Shown here: piece by piece, positions 63,331 to 64,000 of the stretch
Position numbering within the stretch: the stretch's first letter is position 1
How the letters are laid out: the number at the start of each line of letters is the position of its first letter
NCBI GenBank assembly: GCA_030704615.1
Contig: CM060732.1
Location: 37,200,001 to 37,264,000, forward strand
Direction: 5' to 3'
Source of the DNA: Takakia lepidozioides
Taxonomy: Eukaryota; Plantae; Bryophyta
Length of the DNA: 64,000 nt
Position numbers and translations under genes: made by a program
The notes under the pieces: generated by a model
Seen by the model: the letters and a program-made list of their open reading frames with translations, nothing else
Told to the model about the DNA's origin: nothing
The model's database searches: none

Positions 63331-63951
63331 TTAGGTTGGTGCTCCCCCTTGCTCGTTTTGCAAACACCCAGGGCTTCCTATTCCTTTTGGCAAACATTCT
63401 TCAGCGGCCATTTGCAGCAACTCTCGCTTCTGTCCTTCAGTTGTCCATGAATCCTCCTCACAATAAAGTGGGTCGTCCTCTCTTTGCAAATCTGCCTCTT
63501 CAGGCTCCTCAACGCTTGTGTCATCATCAGTAATGCGGTGCTTCGTAATGCGGTCTCCGTTCGTCACATGAAATCCGAGCTTGAAAATATTTTGGTTCTC
63601 TAGCAAAAGGAACAGAAAACACAATGAATCATTTACCTTCCATTGTTTAGTCTCCGACTTCGTTGTGAGATCGTTGTACTTTTTCGGCCTCCCCCTCAGC
63701 TCGAAGAAATTTCGGGCATGTGCAACTTTCTCGGGAAATGTTGTGTCAAATTTCTACGCCTTATTCGGGTCGTTTAGGAGCTTAGATAGTTTCATGAGCC
63801 TCATCAAATCCTTTGACCATATAATCTTTGAGGGCTAGTCAGTGTAATACTTCTTAAGATTGTCGTCGTCCACGTCTTGCACAAGTTCCTGCGACAGAAT
63901 TGAATAAGGTCAGAAATGATATCGACCTAACAAGCATGTTGTTTAAAGTTC

Positions 63952-63981
63952 ATGAACCTCCACTGTCCAGTGGAGGTTCAT
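63952..63981. repeat. Perfect 14-bp inverted repeat
   Basis: atgaacctccactg-tc-cagtggaggttcat. Confidence 0.85.
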
Positions 63982-64000
63982 TTTGTCACAAAAATTGGAA

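Overview
Eukaryotic nuclear DNA from a non-seed land plant. It has GT-AG introns, plant-type genes, an axonemal gene (GAS8/DRC4, implying flagellated sperm) and a PIF with an APA motif but a degenerate APB motif. A bryophyte is most likely, but that is inference. The first ~37 kb is a nest of decayed transposons: a CACTA element carrying a SET-domain ORF, two nested opposite-strand Ty3/gypsy chromovirus copies with an apparent self-priming PBS, a MULE/SWIM-type transposase remnant, a second gypsy gag-protease remnant, two solo LTRs with TSDs, and many copies of one RTE-X-like LINE. Host-gene fragments (CYP716-like, kinesin-12, RPL27) lie among them. The region from ~39 to 59.4 kb is gene-rich: PIF bHLH (+), PQ-loop MPDU1-like (-, with LINE-filled introns), a double-Dabb UP3-like gene (-) and GAS8/DRC4 (+). 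A HemE fragment and a gypsy-type integrase remnant follow. The best candidates for new biology are the SET-domain cargo inside the CACTA element, the tRNA-independent self-priming LTR element, the GA-repeat-preferring LINE and the recurring CATCC/GGATG palindrome arrays. All family assignments come from motif recognition by eye; no searches were run.
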